DNA from: Candidatus Eiseniibacteriota bacterium
GTDB taxonomy: Bacteria; Eisenbacteria; RBG-16-71-46; CAVPCR01
DNA: 64,000 nucleotides
NCBI GenBank assembly: GCA_963823555.1
Contig: CAWGMA010000001.1
Coordinates: forward strand, 640,001-704,000
Reading direction: 5' to 3'
Shown piece after piece: positions 42,396 through 53,040 of the stretch (within the stretch, counting starts at the first letter, position 1; each line of letters starts with the position of its first letter). Both the position numbers and the translations under genes were made by a program. Under the pieces are notes generated by a model, which had not been told where the DNA came from, did no database searches, and saw only the letters and a program-made list of their open reading frames with translations.

Positions 42396-43481
42396 ATGAC
42401 CACCACCTGCCTACCCAGTCGCTCTTCATTCGCTCTCATCGCCGGCGCGGTGCTGCTCATGATCGCTGCGCTGGCCCACGCGCAGGCGCCGGGCGCGAGC
42501 CCGCGTCGGCCCAAGCCCCAGCACGAGATCAAGCTCGCCACGCTCGCCCCCGATGGCTCGACATGGATGAACATCATGCACGAGCTCGACGCCGCCGTGC
42601 GCCGGGAAACCGAGAACCGCGTCGGGTTCAAGTTCTATCCGGGAGGGGTCCAGGGCGACGAGCTCGTCGTTCTCAAGAAGATCCGCACCGGGCAGCTCCA
42701 CGGCGGTGGTTTTACCGGGCTCGGGCTCGGCGAGATCGCGTCCGAGCTGCGCGTGCTCGAGCTCCCCTTTCTCTTCCAGGACCCGGCAGAGGTCGATCAG
42801 GTGCACGAGAAGCTCGATCCGACCTTCGAGAAGATCCTGGGAGACAAGGGCTACGTCCTTCTCGGCTGGGCCGAGGTCGGGTTCATCTACCTGTTCACCG
42901 ACCGCCCGGTGGCGGGCCCCGAGGACCTCAAGCAGGTCAAGATGTGGTTGTGGGAAGGCGATCGGCTGGCGGCCGATTTCTTCAGCGCCTATGGCATCTC
43001 ACCCATCCCGCTCGCGGTGACCGATGTCTTGACCGCCCTCGAGACCGGACTCATCAATGGTGTCTATGCTTCGCCCCTGGCCTGCATTGCGTTGCAGTGG
43101 TTCACGCGGGTCAGTCACATGACCGATGCGCGCCTGACTCACGGCATCGGCGCCGTGGTCGTCGATCGCCGCACCTGGGATCCGATCCCCGCCGCCGATC
43201 AGGCCACGGTGCGCAGGCTGGCGGCCGCCCACTTCCGCCAGCTCGTCGAGCGCACGCGGAAGGAGAACGAGGAGTCGATCGCGGTCATGCAGAAGCGCGG
43301 GATCACGATCGTGACTCCGGATGCCGCCCGCGTCGCCGAGTTCTCCACCATCGGGCGGCAGGTGTGGCGGGCGGAGGTGGGGAAGCTCTACCCGCAATCG
43401 CTGCTCGACCAGGTCATCGCCGCGGTGGAGGAAGCGCGGTCCGGCGGCAAGGCGCCAGCCAGCGCGGGCGGGACCCCCTAG
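42396..43481 (+). CDS. dctP: TRAP substrate-binding protein DctP/TatP
   Basis: IKLATLAPDGSTW, KFYPGGVQGDE, KIRTGQL, LPFLF, LETGLI. Start approximate. Confidence 0.9.
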   Translation: MTTTCLPSRSSFALIAGAVLLMIAALAHAQAPGASPRRPKPQHEIKLATLAPDGSTWMNIMHELDAAVRRETENRVGFKFYPGGVQGDELVVLKKIRTGQLHGGGFTGLGLGEIASELRVLELPFLFQDPAEVDQVHEKLDPTFEKILGDKGYVLLGWAEVGFIYLFTDRPVAGPEDLKQVKMWLWEGDRLAADFFSAYGISPIPLAVTDVLTALETGLINGVYASPLACIALQWFTRVSHMTDARLTHGIGAVVVDRRTWDPIPAADQATVRRLAAAHFRQLVERTRKENEESIAVMQKRGITIVTPDAARVAEFSTIGRQVWRAEVGKLYPQSLLDQVIAAVEEARSGGKAPASAGGTP

Positions 43482-43482
43482 C

Positions 43483-44174
43483 GTGGACGAGGCGCTCGAG
43501 TCGGCATCCGTCGGTCCCGAGGGCCGGCTCATCGCCGGGCTCGGCGCGTGGCTCTTTGCCGCGCCCCGCTCGACCCCGGCCGTGCTCCTCGTGCTCCTGT
43601 TCCTGGCCTTCGCGCTGGTCCTGGTGCGACGCGGCCTCTTCCGTTCGCGACCCCCGGCCGAGAACCTCTTCCGCCTCGCCGGCCGCATCGAGATGGGATT
43701 GCTCGGTCTCCTTCTCCTCGGCATGGTCTTGCTCTCGGCGCTGCAGATCCTCCTCCGCAATGCCTTCGGTTTCGGCTTTCTGTGGGTGGATCCTCTCCTC
43801 CGCTATGCCACCCTGTGGATCGGCTTCATCGGGGCCGCGGTGGCCGCGGCCCAGGGCCGACACATCCAGATCGATGTCCTCTCTCACGTTCTGACCCCGC
43901 GTGTGCGCCGGATCACCGGGCGTGTCACGAGCCTCGCCGCTGCCGCGACCTGTGCTGTGCTCTGCGAATCGGCCTATCGCTACCTGGCCAGCGAATACGC
44001 CTACGACACGCGAGAGTTCCTCCGGCTTCCCAGCTGGGTCCTCCTCCTGGTGATCCCGGTCGGCTTCGCCGTTCTCACCTATCGCTTCATCGATCGAGCG
44101 ATCATGCTGCCGCCGGCCGATGCGCTGGTAGCGATCGAAGATCAGGGCGCCGTGGGGAAGGGAGCGGCCAATGA
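43483..44174 (+). CDS. dctQ: TRAP small permease DctQ (stop apparently lost by an indel)
   Basis: QILLRN, LWIGFIGAAVAAAQGRHIQID; probable ATGA overlap with dctM at 44171. Confidence 0.75.
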
Positions 44175-45468
44175 TCCTGATCGGCCTCGCTCATCGTGCT
44201 CCTCGCCGTGCTCGGAATGCCGCTCTTCAGCGTGCTCGCGGTCGATCGCGCTCCTCGCCTTCCGCGGCGCCGGCATCGACACCGCGGCGGTGATCGTCGA
44301 GATGAACCGGCTGGCGACGGCGCCGATGCTGATCGCGATCCCGCTCTTCACCTTCGCCGGCTACCTCTTCGCCGAGGCCGGATCGCCCGCCCGTCTGGTC
44401 CGCTTCTCGCGCGCGCTCCTCGGGTGGTTTCCGGGTGGGCTCGCCATCGTCGCCCTGGTCGCCTGCGCCGTGTTCACCGCCTTCACCGGCGCCAGTCGGG
44501 CGTGACGATCATCGCCATGGGTGGCATCTCTGATGCCGGCGCTGATCGCCGAACGCTACGGCGAGCGCTTCTCGCTCGGTCTCCTCACCACCTCCGGCAG
44601 TCTCGGTCTGCTCTTTCCGCCCTCGCTTCCCGTCATTCTCTACGCCTATGTGGCGCAGGTGAGCGTCGACAAGCTCTTCCTCGCCGGTTTGATTCCGGGG
44701 CTGCTCTTGATCTTGATGCTCGCCCTCTACTCGATCGCGCGTCGGCCGCGCCATGTGCCGCGCCAGCGCTTCACGGCGCGCGAGGTCTGGGCCGCGGCGC
44801 GCGGCGCGGCCTGGGAGCTCCCGCTGCCCCTCGCCGTCCTCGGCGGCATCTACTCGGGAACTCGTCACCATCACCGAAGCGGCGGCGCTCACCGCCTTCT
44901 ATGCACTCGTCGTCGAGGTGCTGATCTACCGTGACATCGACGCCGCGCGAGCTACCACGAATCATGAGGGAATCGATGGTGCTCGTCGGCGGCATCCTCA
45001 TCATCCTCGCCGCGGCCCTCGGGTCTCACCAACTACCTGATCGACGCCGAGGTGCCCTATGCGATCTTCGACTGGATGCAAGCGTTCGTGCAGTCGAAGC
45101 TCCTCTTCCTGTTGATGCTGAACCTCTTCCTCCTGGTCGTCGGCGCGCTGATGGACATCTTCTCGGCCCTGATCGTCGTGGTTCCGCTGATCGTTCCGAT
45201 CGCTCAGGGCTATGGGGTCGATCTCCTGCACCTCGGGATCATCTTCCTCGTCAATCTCGAGATCGGCTACTCGACCCCGCCGGTCGGGCTCAACCTCTTC
45301 ATCTCCTCGTTTCGCTTCCGGAAACCGGTTGCGTCCCTCTATCACGCGTCGTTGCCCTTCCTCGCCATTCTCCTGGTCGCGCTTCTCATCATCACCTACG
45401 TTCCAGGGCTCACGCTCTTCCTGACCGGGCCCGCGGGCGGGTCCGGGCTGGGTTCCGCGGCGCCCTGA
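44171..45468 (+). CDS. dctM: TRAP large permease DctM, broken by about 8 single-base indels (probable sequence error; pseudogene not excluded)
   Basis: Fragments LGMPLF, IAIPLFTFAGY, FTAFTGAS, GSLGLLFPPSLP, TEAAA, EIGYSTPPVGLNLF occur in successive frames. Confidence 0.8.
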
Positions 45469-45510
45469 TGCGGACGCGGCCGGCGGGGGGGAGGGATGGC
45501 GGGGCGCTGT

Positions 45511-46878
45511 TCAGTCCGGCCGCGGGCACAGCGAGCCGAGGGGTCGGTGGCCATCGGCGGGCCATGTCACCGGCGGGCTCTGCAGGCGTTGCACCGGGCA
45601 CAAGCGAACCCGCGGCACCCAGTCGAGATTCGTCTCCACATCGTCGTAGAGACCGAGGGCGCCCGCGAGGGCGAGGCGGTCGGCATGAGGAACGGCCAGC
45701 CCGACCGCCTGCAGATGATCGCGGACGAGGGTGAGGGCCGCACCGGCCTCGGCCACGCTCGCCACCGGTTTCACGATCACGGTGCGGCCCAGCGGCGAGA
45801 ACTCGAAGTGAGGCGTGTGATCGAGGAGGACCGCGAAGCCGGCCTCGAACCCGCCGAAGAGTTCGCTCGTCGGGGGGGTCTGAGCCAGCTCGCGCGCGCC
45901 GAGGAACTGGCGGAGGGCCGAGGCCCGGGCTGGTTCGAGGGGAGCGCGCGGCCAGCGCTGCCCGATCAGCTCGAGCTCGGCGGCGAGGCGGCCGGCGAAC
46001 TCGCGCGCGGCATCGGGCGCTCTCTCCTCGATGAACACGGTGTGCGGCGACAGGCATCCCTGCTGCTCGTAGAGCGCCACCTCCCGTGCAAGAGTTCGCG
46101 CCAGGCCACGAGAATCAGCGGCGAGGGCGCGAGCGGAGAGAATGGCGGCTGATACTTTCGGTCCGTGTGCCACGAAGCGCGTGCGCTCGGGGAGCGCCGC
46201 GCGCAGGCGGATCACCGTCTCTCGGTCCCCGTGCACGACGACGGCATCGGCGGCGGCGAGGGCGGCCGTCGTGAGTGCGGTGTTCGAGCGCGACCAGTTG
46301 AGCACGGCGACCATCCCCGCCAGATCCGGATCACAGGTTTCGAGCGAGCGGGCCCACAGCGGCGCGAGGATCGGTTCGGCAGTCGCCGTCTTGATGAGCA
46401 CCGCCGATCGGAGGAGGAGAGCGACGGTCGCGGTGACGATGGCCGGCGGGAAGACCGTGCCGGCGGCGATCGCAAGCACCAGCCGCGGAGGTGCCGCGTG
46501 GAGGTGGCCGACCTCGACGCGGAGGAGCTCGGCCAGCCGCTCGGCGCGGAGCGAGTCGAAGAGCCGATCGAGGGCCTCGGCCACCATGCCGGGGGCGAAG
46601 CCGGTGGTGGCGGCGAGCTGTTGCTCGGCCACCAGGCGATGCGGGTTCGTGCGGTCGAGCCAGATCTCCGCCACGGCGCCCAGGCTCTCGAGCAGGCGCG
46701 ACGTGGTCAGTCGCCGCTCCAGGCCGGCGGCCGCGGCGACGAGGCCGCCGGTCACCGCGGTCAGAGCTTGAGCCGACGGCTGCCAGCTCGAGAAGGTATA
46801 TCCTCCGCGCGCGGTCTGCTCGGTGCCGGCGAGCGGTGCGAGGGTGGGGGGCAAGTAGACGAGGCTGCCGTCGGTCAT
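45511..46878 (-). CDS. LuxC-like acyl-CoA/acyl-protein reductase
   Basis: ALDH-like fold; IAAGTV, VVVHGDRET, HGPKVS, catalytic YEQQGCLSPH, W..DG near the C-terminus. Confidence 0.8.
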   Translation of the reverse strand: MTDGSLVYLPPTLAPLAGTEQTARGGYTFSSWQPSAQALTAVTGGLVAAAAGLERRLTTSRLLESLGAVAEIWLDRTNPHRLVAEQQLAATTGFAPGMVAEALDRLFDSLRAERLAELLRVEVGHLHAAPPRLVLAIAAGTVFPPAIVTATVALLLRSAVLIKTATAEPILAPLWARSLETCDPDLAGMVAVLNWSRSNTALTTAALAAADAVVVHGDRETVIRLRAALPERTRFVAHGPKVSAAILSARALAADSRGLARTLAREVALYEQQGCLSPHTVFIEERAPDAAREFAGRLAAELELIGQRWPRAPLEPARASALRQFLGARELAQTPPTSELFGGFEAGFAVLLDHTPHFEFSPLGRTVIVKPVASVAEAGAALTLVRDHLQAVGLAVPHADRLALAGALGLYDDVETNLDWVPRVRLCPVQRLQSPPVTWPADGHRPLGSLCPRPD

Positions 46879-48053
46879 CAGCTTATGGCGTCCAGACGCA
46901 GAAAATCATCCAAGGCCAGCGAGCAACCGCGGGCCGATGCGCCGGGCATGCGGCCCAGGAGCTCGAACCCATCACCGAGCGCCCGGCCCCGGTCCTCGGT
47001 GAGGAGCGAGACCGTGCTCGAGCGCGCGGCGAGATCGAGATGGACGAGGAGCCCCTCTTCGCCCGCGGCCACCGGGGCCAGGGTGAGGGGATCGAGGATC
47101 ATCGTGCGTACCCAGGGTGGCGCGGCCTTCGCTCGGGGCGCCCGCGGGTCGTTGGCGGCGGGGTGCTGGCCGGCCGGGAGCGCCGTGAGCGCCGCGTGGA
47201 GCGTGGTGTCGTAGAACTGGCTCACCAGTTCGGTCATGCCGTACTCGGCGACGATGGCATGAACCGGCACACCGAGACGGTCGGCAATCGCCGCATAGAG
47301 CTCGTGGCGTTCCACTTGCCGCCGCTGCCCCTTGAATCCTCCGGTCTCCATCACCCGCGAACCGGGCGCCAGCGGGATCCGGGTCCCGGCCGCGGTGAGC
47401 GCATCGACGAGCGCGAGCAACGCGATGGCGGTGGCGGCGATGAGGACCGGCTCGGCCGCGGCGGCCGCTGTCGAGAGCGCCGCGATCGCGGCATCCGCGT
47501 CGAGCGCGCCGCTGGCCGTCACGAAGTAGCGCGGCCGGGCGCCGAGCTGGCGCGCCGCGGAGCCGACCATGTAGGCGAGTGAGGATTCGGGAGCTCCGTC
47601 CGGGTCCGGAAGGAGGGCGATCCATGCGAGCTCGCGCCGGTCGGGAAGGAGATGGCGGACGAAGGGAGGCAGAAGAGCCGAGTCGGCGAGCGCGAGCGTG
47701 TCGAGCTCGAGCACCGAGCGCTGCCCTCCGCTGGTACCGCTCGAGCGGAAGCGGCGCACGGTGGCTGGAGGAGGGAACGTCGCCATGCGCATCTGACCGA
47801 AGGCGCGGGCCGGTACCGGCGGAATGTCCTCGGGCCGGTTGATGTGATCGGGATCCGCGCCGCGCGCCCGGGCATAGCGCGCGTAGGCGGGATTCCATCG
47901 CACCTGGTAGGCGAAGACGTCGAGGAGGAGCGCATCGAGAGCGTCCCGATCCGCTTTCCAGGCGGCAGCTGCTTCCGCGATGAAGGGGATGATGCGCTGG
48001 TCGAGGACTGCGGCCTCGCGGCGCTCGGCGGGATCGGGATCCAGCGTGGTCAT
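46878..48053 (-). CDS. LuxE-like acyl-protein synthetase
   Basis: FAYQ...NPAY, FRSSGTSG, SSLAYM, METGGFKG, EYGMTEL, TEDRG, LLGR...RGCS; TGATG overlap with luxC. Confidence 0.85.
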   Translation of the reverse strand: MTTLDPDPAERREAAVLDQRIIPFIAEAAAAWKADRDALDALLLDVFAYQVRWNPAYARYARARGADPDHINRPEDIPPVPARAFGQMRMATFPPPATVRRFRSSGTSGGQRSVLELDTLALADSALLPPFVRHLLPDRRELAWIALLPDPDGAPESSLAYMVGSAARQLGARPRYFVTASGALDADAAIAALSTAAAAAEPVLIAATAIALLALVDALTAAGTRIPLAPGSRVMETGGFKGQRRQVERHELYAAIADRLGVPVHAIVAEYGMTELVSQFYDTTLHAALTALPAGQHPAANDPRAPRAKAAPPWVRTMILDPLTLAPVAAGEEGLLVHLDLAARSSTVSLLTEDRGRALGDGFELLGRMPGASARGCSLALDDFLRLDAIS

Positions 48054-49395
48054 CTCGACTCCGGGTGTCGGCTCGGCGGCACGAGAGAAAGGACGTCGGC
48101 AATGGCCTCGACGCCGCGTGCGAGCTCGGTCTCGCTCAGGATGTACGGCGGCGTGAGCTCGATCACCTCGCCCTCGCGGCCCGCGGTGAGGACCAGCACC
48201 CCGCGGGCGCAGAGTTCGACCATGACCGCCGCCGCTCGCTCCCCGTCCGGCGCGCCGGTCTCGGGGTCGCGCAGCTCGATGCCGGCGAACAGGCCGCGCC
48301 CGCGGATCGCCGTGATTCCATCGGATCTCGCCTAGCGCCGCTTCGAGTCCGGCGAAGAGCCCGGTGCCGAAGCTCTCCGGCGCGCTCGACGAGATGCTCC
48401 GACGCGATGACATCGAGGACAGCCAGGGCCGCGGCGGCCGCCAGCGGATGACCGAGGAAAGTCGCCGTGTGCAGGGCAGGACCGGGATGGCTTCGCCACG
48501 CGTCCATCACCTGGGCCGAGCCCACGGCCGCCGCCAGCGGGAGGCCGCCGCCCAGCGCCTTGCCGATGAGAAGGAGGTCGGGGACGATTCCCTCATCCTC
48601 GACCGCAAACCAGCGCCCGGTGCGCCCGAGCCCGGTCATGATCTCGTCGACGATCAGGAGCGCGCCGTGGCGCCGGCAGGCGGCGTGGAGCGCGGGAATG
48701 AGCCCCGGCGGGGCCGGTCGCACGCCGCCACGACCTTGGATCGGCTCGATCACGACCGCGCCGATATCGCCATCCGCAAGAATTGACTCGATCAAGCTGA
48801 AATCGGCGTGGTCGGGGGCCGTGAGGGGGACCTGTCGCACGTGCCCCGCCAGCTGGGCGGCGAACGGCCGGCGGAAGTGGTCATGACCCGCGAGGGGCAG
48901 GGCCCCGTAGGAGAGACCGTGGTAACCACCGGCGAAGGCGATCACTCCGGGCTTGCCGGTGGCAAGGAGTGCGGTCTTGAGCGCCGCTTCGACCGCGTCG
49001 GTACCGTTCAGGCCGAGGTGGGTCACTCCGAGGTCGCCGGGAGCGATCGCGGCCAGGCGCTCGAGAAGCTCCACCTTGATCCGGGCCGGGTGCACGTCAC
49101 CCATGGCGTGGATGAGCTCTCCAGCTTGCCTGGTGACGGCCTCCTCGACGCGGGGATGGGTGTGGCCGATGGCGGCCACCCCGAAGGCGGCGGTGAGGTC
49201 GAGATACTCGTGACCGTCCGCATCCCAGACCCGGGTCCCCCGTGCCCGCTCCCAGACCACGGGAAAGCGCGGGCCGCGGCCCGTGACGCCCGGATTCTCC
49301 ACCGTGGCGAGGCGATCCAGAAGAGCGCGCGAGCGCGGTCCGGATCCGGCGACCGCCTGGCGGCGGCCCTTCGCTGTCGGCTCACGGAGGTCCAT
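48050..49395 (-). CDS. Class III PLP aminotransferase (two apparent single-base insertions near 48370 and 48323)
   Basis: WDADGHEYLD, GTDAVEAALK, YHG, EPIQGRGG, DEIMTGLGRTG, GKALGGG; C-terminal IRGRGLFAGIEL...LTPPY in a shifted frame; ATGA overlap with luxE. Confidence 0.87.
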
Positions 49396-49490
49396 CCGGG
49401 CGATCGTAACAAACGGGGGCCGGCCCGGCTCGACCGGAGCCCGCCCGAAGCAACTTGACCGGCGGTTGGTCGCTCTGCCACCTTCTCTCC

Positions 49491-50321
49491 ATGGCAAGCA
49501 GTGATGAAACTTCGGGCGCCGATGAGCGCTACGATCTACTGGTGGATGAATCCCAGAACGCTCTCGATCACGAGGATTACGAGCGCGCGATCGACCTCGC
49601 GCATGAGGCGATCGAGCTCCGGCCCGACCAGGCCGAGGCCTACTTCGTGGTGGGGGTCGCGTTCTTCGATCTCGGGGAGTTCCGGCCGGCTCACGATTAC
49701 TTGCGGCAGGCGGCGGAGCACAGCCCGGACGATCCGGTGATCCGCACCTTCGCCGGAGCTTCGTGCTTCGTCCTCGGCGAGGATGGACAGGCCGAGGAAC
49801 TCCTCCGCTCGGCGATTCGTGACGATCCCGATTCGACCGAGGCCCGGTACTGGCTGTCGATGGTCATCGAGCGCCGCGGAAGTCACCGCGAGGCCGATGA
49901 GCTCCTCGCCGAATGCGCCCGCATCGATCCGGAGCGCTACCACCTGCCCTTCCGCGTGAGCCGTGAGGAGCTCGAGCGGGACCTGGAAGAGGTGCTCCGC
50001 GCGCTCCCGGCGCCCATCGCGGCTGTCCTCAAGGAGGTCCCGATCATCATCGAGGACCTCCCGGCTCGCAGCATGCTGGAAGGTCCTGAGCTGCTCGCCC
50101 CCGATATCCTCGGGCTCTTCACCGGCGCGTCCCACCCGGAGGAGAGCGTCTTCGAGACGGCCGCGGAACCGACCGCGGTCTACCTCTTCAAGCGGAATCT
50201 GGAGCGGATCGCCGCCTCGCGCGAGGATCTACTCGACGAGGCGCGGATCACCCTCGTTCATGAAATCGGGCACTACCTCGGCCTGGACGAGGACGATCTC
50301 ATGGAGCGCGGGCTCGACTGA
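49491..50321 (+). CDS. TPR-repeat protein fused to minimal zincin metallopeptidase
   Basis: TPR helices, then ILGLFTG, YLFKRNLE, ITLVHEIGHYLGLDEDDL. Confidence 0.88.
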   Translation: MASSDETSGADERYDLLVDESQNALDHEDYERAIDLAHEAIELRPDQAEAYFVVGVAFFDLGEFRPAHDYLRQAAEHSPDDPVIRTFAGASCFVLGEDGQAEELLRSAIRDDPDSTEARYWLSMVIERRGSHREADELLAECARIDPERYHLPFRVSREELERDLEEVLRALPAPIAAVLKEVPIIIEDLPARSMLEGPELLAPDILGLFTGASHPEESVFETAAEPTAVYLFKRNLERIAASREDLLDEARITLVHEIGHYLGLDEDDLMERGLD

Positions 50322-50414
50322 CGTTCGCTCCCGGCGAGCGCTCTCGGGTGGGCGGCCGAGTGGGGAGGGTGCTCGAGGCGGCCCTGGCGCGAGGCGACGA
50401 TCCGGATCGAGAGG

Positions 50415-51626
50415 ATGCAACCTACCCGACGCGACTATCTGGACGATCCCTATCGCCGCCAGTTCACGGCCACGGTCGTCACGTGCCTGGAGCGCCGCGA
50501 CGGGCCGGCCGCCGTCCTGGCCGAAACGTGTTTCTACCCTGAAGGGGGCGGTCAGCCGGCCGATCAGGGACAGCTCGGCCCGGCCCGCGTGCTCGATGTC
50601 CAGGAAGAAGCGGACGGCACGATCGTCCACTACCTCGACCGGGCGCTCGCTCCCGGCACGCACGAGGCCGTGATCGACTGGGGTCGCCGTTTCGACCACA
50701 TGCAACAGCATACGGGGCAGCATCTCCTCTCGCGCTGCTTCGAGATCCTCGCCGGCGCCGGCACCGTGTCCTTCCATCTGGGCAGCGGAGAAGTGACCAT
50801 CGATCTCGATGTCACCGATCTCCCGCCGGCCAGGATCACCGAGGTCGAGGAGCTCGCCCATCGAGTCGTCTTCGAGAATCGGAGCGTGGAGGCGGAGGAG
50901 ATCTCCGCGGCGGAGGCTGTTGCTCTCGGTGTGACCTGTCCTCCCGGCGTGGACGGGCGGGTGCGCGTGGTCACGATCACCGACTTCGATCGCAATGCAT
51001 GCGGCGGGACGCATGTCCGGGCGACGGGGGAGATCGGTCCGGTCAAGGTGCGGCGCCTGGAGCGCGTGCGCGGGAAGACCCGTGTCGGCTTCCTCTGTGG
51101 CTGGCGCGGTCTGCGTGACTACGCCTGGAAGCATGAGGCGATGCGCGAAATGGCCGCTCTCTTCACCACGGGGGAGCACGAGGTGCCGGGGCTCGTCTCG
51201 AATCTGGTTCTGGGGCGCAGGTCGCTCGAGCGGCGTGTTCGCGATCTCGAGGTGGAACTGGCCACGTACCGCGCTTGTGCCCTCATCGACGAAGCAAGAC
51301 CGGTGGGTGACCGGGGATACCGGCTGATCAGCCACCTGTCGGCCGACGGCCTCGAGGCGACGCGCGCTCTGGTCACCGCCCTGGTCGCGGCATCGGGAGT
51401 GATCGCCCTCGCCGGCTGTGTGGAGGATGGTCGGGCGCGGGTGGTGGCTGCCGCTGCTCCGGATGTGGAGATCGATCTCGCCCCGATCGTGCGCGATGCC
51501 GCCAACGTCCTCTTCGGCCGGGGAGGGGGCAAGAAGAACTGGGCAGAGGCGGGGGGGGAGGATCCGGCTCGTCTCGAGGCCGCGCTCCACCGAGCCAGCG
51601 CCCAGGTCCTGGCGCTCGTCGGGTGA
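50415..51626 (+). CDS. Alanyl-tRNA editing protein (AlaX-L type, DHHA1 tail)
   Basis: FYPEGGGQPAD, HMQQHTGQHLLS, ACGGTHV, GRGGG. Confidence 0.92.
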   Translation: MQPTRRDYLDDPYRRQFTATVVTCLERRDGPAAVLAETCFYPEGGGQPADQGQLGPARVLDVQEEADGTIVHYLDRALAPGTHEAVIDWGRRFDHMQQHTGQHLLSRCFEILAGAGTVSFHLGSGEVTIDLDVTDLPPARITEVEELAHRVVFENRSVEAEEISAAEAVALGVTCPPGVDGRVRVVTITDFDRNACGGTHVRATGEIGPVKVRRLERVRGKTRVGFLCGWRGLRDYAWKHEAMREMAALFTTGEHEVPGLVSNLVLGRRSLERRVRDLEVELATYRACALIDEARPVGDRGYRLISHLSADGLEATRALVTALVAASGVIALAGCVEDGRARVVAAAAPDVEIDLAPIVRDAANVLFGRGGGKKNWAEAGGEDPARLEAALHRASAQVLALVG

Positions 51627-51636
51627 GCGCTCCTTG

Positions 51637-52101
51637 CTAGGGACAGGTCGATGTGACGCGGCTGGAGGGCTGGGAGCGGAGCCCGGGCACGCCGTCGACG
51701 CCGAGCGCGCGGACTCGATAGTAGTACACCGAGTTCGGGGAGAGGCCGGGGATGCCCGGCGCGGCGCCATCGAGGAAGTCGCGACGATCGGCGGGCACCG
51801 AAGCCACGAGCGTCCCGGGATCCTCGCCTGTCGATCGCGAGCGGTAGATCTGGAATCCGCTGAGCCCGGTCGTCTCGACCACCGTCCACTGCACGCGGAT
51901 CTGCGGCTCGTCGCCGGCACAGAACACGGTGAGATCACTGATCGACGGGGGTGGCGGTGTGAGACCGTTGGCCGGGTCGCGGGGACTATCGAGCACGGGG
52001 GGTGCGAAATCTCCCTGGCATGCCGCGCCAAGGAGCAGGAGCCCGGCGAGAGCCAGGAATCCGACCCGCGAGCGATGGCGATGGGACGCGGCAGAATCCA
52101 T
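51637..52101 (-). CDS. Small lipoprotein with fibronectin type III-like domain
   Basis: Lipobox GAAC; VQW, GFQIYRS, YYYRVRAL. Confidence 0.7.
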   Translation of the reverse strand: MDSAASHRHRSRVGFLALAGLLLLGAACQGDFAPPVLDSPRDPANGLTPPPPSISDLTVFCAGDEPQIRVQWTVVETTGLSGFQIYRSRSTGEDPGTLVASVPADRRDFLDGAAPGIPGLSPNSVYYYRVRALGVDGVPGLRSQPSSRVTSTCP

Positions 52102-52121
52102 GGAAGTCGCCTTGAATGGGA

Positions 52122-52742
52122 TCAGGTGCCGTCGCGCTTGATGGGATCGAGCAGCGCGACGTCCGCGTAATCCTCGGTCAGGCGCGCGATCAGGACCGTG
52201 CGCCGTCCCCAGTGACTGGCCTCATCGATCGAATCCACCCAGATGTCCGCGCGGCGCCGCCAGCGCCGGGCCATCGTGTCCTCGACCTGATAGACCCCCT
52301 TACCGATGATCTCGATCCTGTCGCCGAAGCGGAACGGCGCGCCCGGGGTGTATTCCGCGAGCAGGTCTCGCGACAGGGCGATGTAGCCGGGGCGCGTCCG
52401 CTTCATGCTCGCGGTCAGGTCGGGCGTGGAATCGGTCTCGGCGACTCGGCTGGTGTAGGCGGTGCAGGTCACGCGCACCACGAGGCCGTGGTCGCCGGAG
52501 GCGGATTGAGGGTACCCCTCGAGCAGGAGGTCGAAGGGGAGGATGTCCTCGGCGGCCTCGAGCTCCCAGATGCCGGAGGGGGTCATGGCCGGGGCGGCGG
52601 TCAGGAGACAGAAGGGACCCACGGACGGGGGCTTGAACTCGAGTCGGAAGGCGTCAATCGCCCGCGGGGTCATGAGAGTGAACAACACGGCCGCCGCTGC
52701 GAAGAGCCAGACCGAATAGCGAACTCGGGGCACGATTCGCAT
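52122..52742 (-). CDS. 3D-domain (cell-wall lytic, MltA-like) protein
   Basis: N-terminal TM; VTCTAYTS, TDSTP..TAS, IALSRDL, VEDTM, DIWV. Confidence 0.85.
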   Translation of the reverse strand: MRIVPRVRYSVWLFAAAAVLFTLMTPRAIDAFRLEFKPPSVGPFCLLTAAPAMTPSGIWELEAAEDILPFDLLLEGYPQSASGDHGLVVRVTCTAYTSRVAETDSTPDLTASMKRTRPGYIALSRDLLAEYTPGAPFRFGDRIEIIGKGVYQVEDTMARRWRRRADIWVDSIDEASHWGRRTVLIARLTEDYADVALLDPIKRDGT

Positions 52743-52853
52743 CGATTGGATGAACCTCCAAGAGGTCTGTTGGAGAGCCCCCTGACGGGCGGGAGGGGAG
52801 ACGCCCAGGGGCAGCGGGTGAGGCTGGCGCAAGATCCCTTTGAATGTCCAAAT

Positions 52854-52882
52854 ATTCTACAGGCGAGCCGGGGAGGGGGCAA
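52854..52882 (-). promoter_or_regulatory. Sigma70 promoter of the 3D-domain gene
   Basis: Minus strand TTGCCC-N17-TAGAAT. Confidence 0.55.
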
Positions 52883-53040
52883 GCCCCAAAGCGGACCTTC
52901 CCCTGCTCTCGGAATCCGAAACTCCGGCGCGCATCCCGGGGTATATCATTTTGAATCAGAGCGAGGGACGCAGGCCGACCGTCGGGAAAGCTTCGTCCTG
53001 ATTCGAGATAAAGATCTCAAGTCCATATCAATCAACGATT

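Noticed and set aside
43321..44505. Natural DctQ-DctM fusion
   Set aside because: The read-through arises from compensating indels around 44170-44245, and the intervening translation is out of frame
45511..48053. Bioluminescence (lux) operon
   Set aside because: No luxA/luxB luciferase or luxD/luxG in the window
48320..48372. Programmed frameshifting in the aminotransferase (and in hppA near 18683)
   Set aside because: No slippery heptamer; single extra bases match the error pattern seen in dctM
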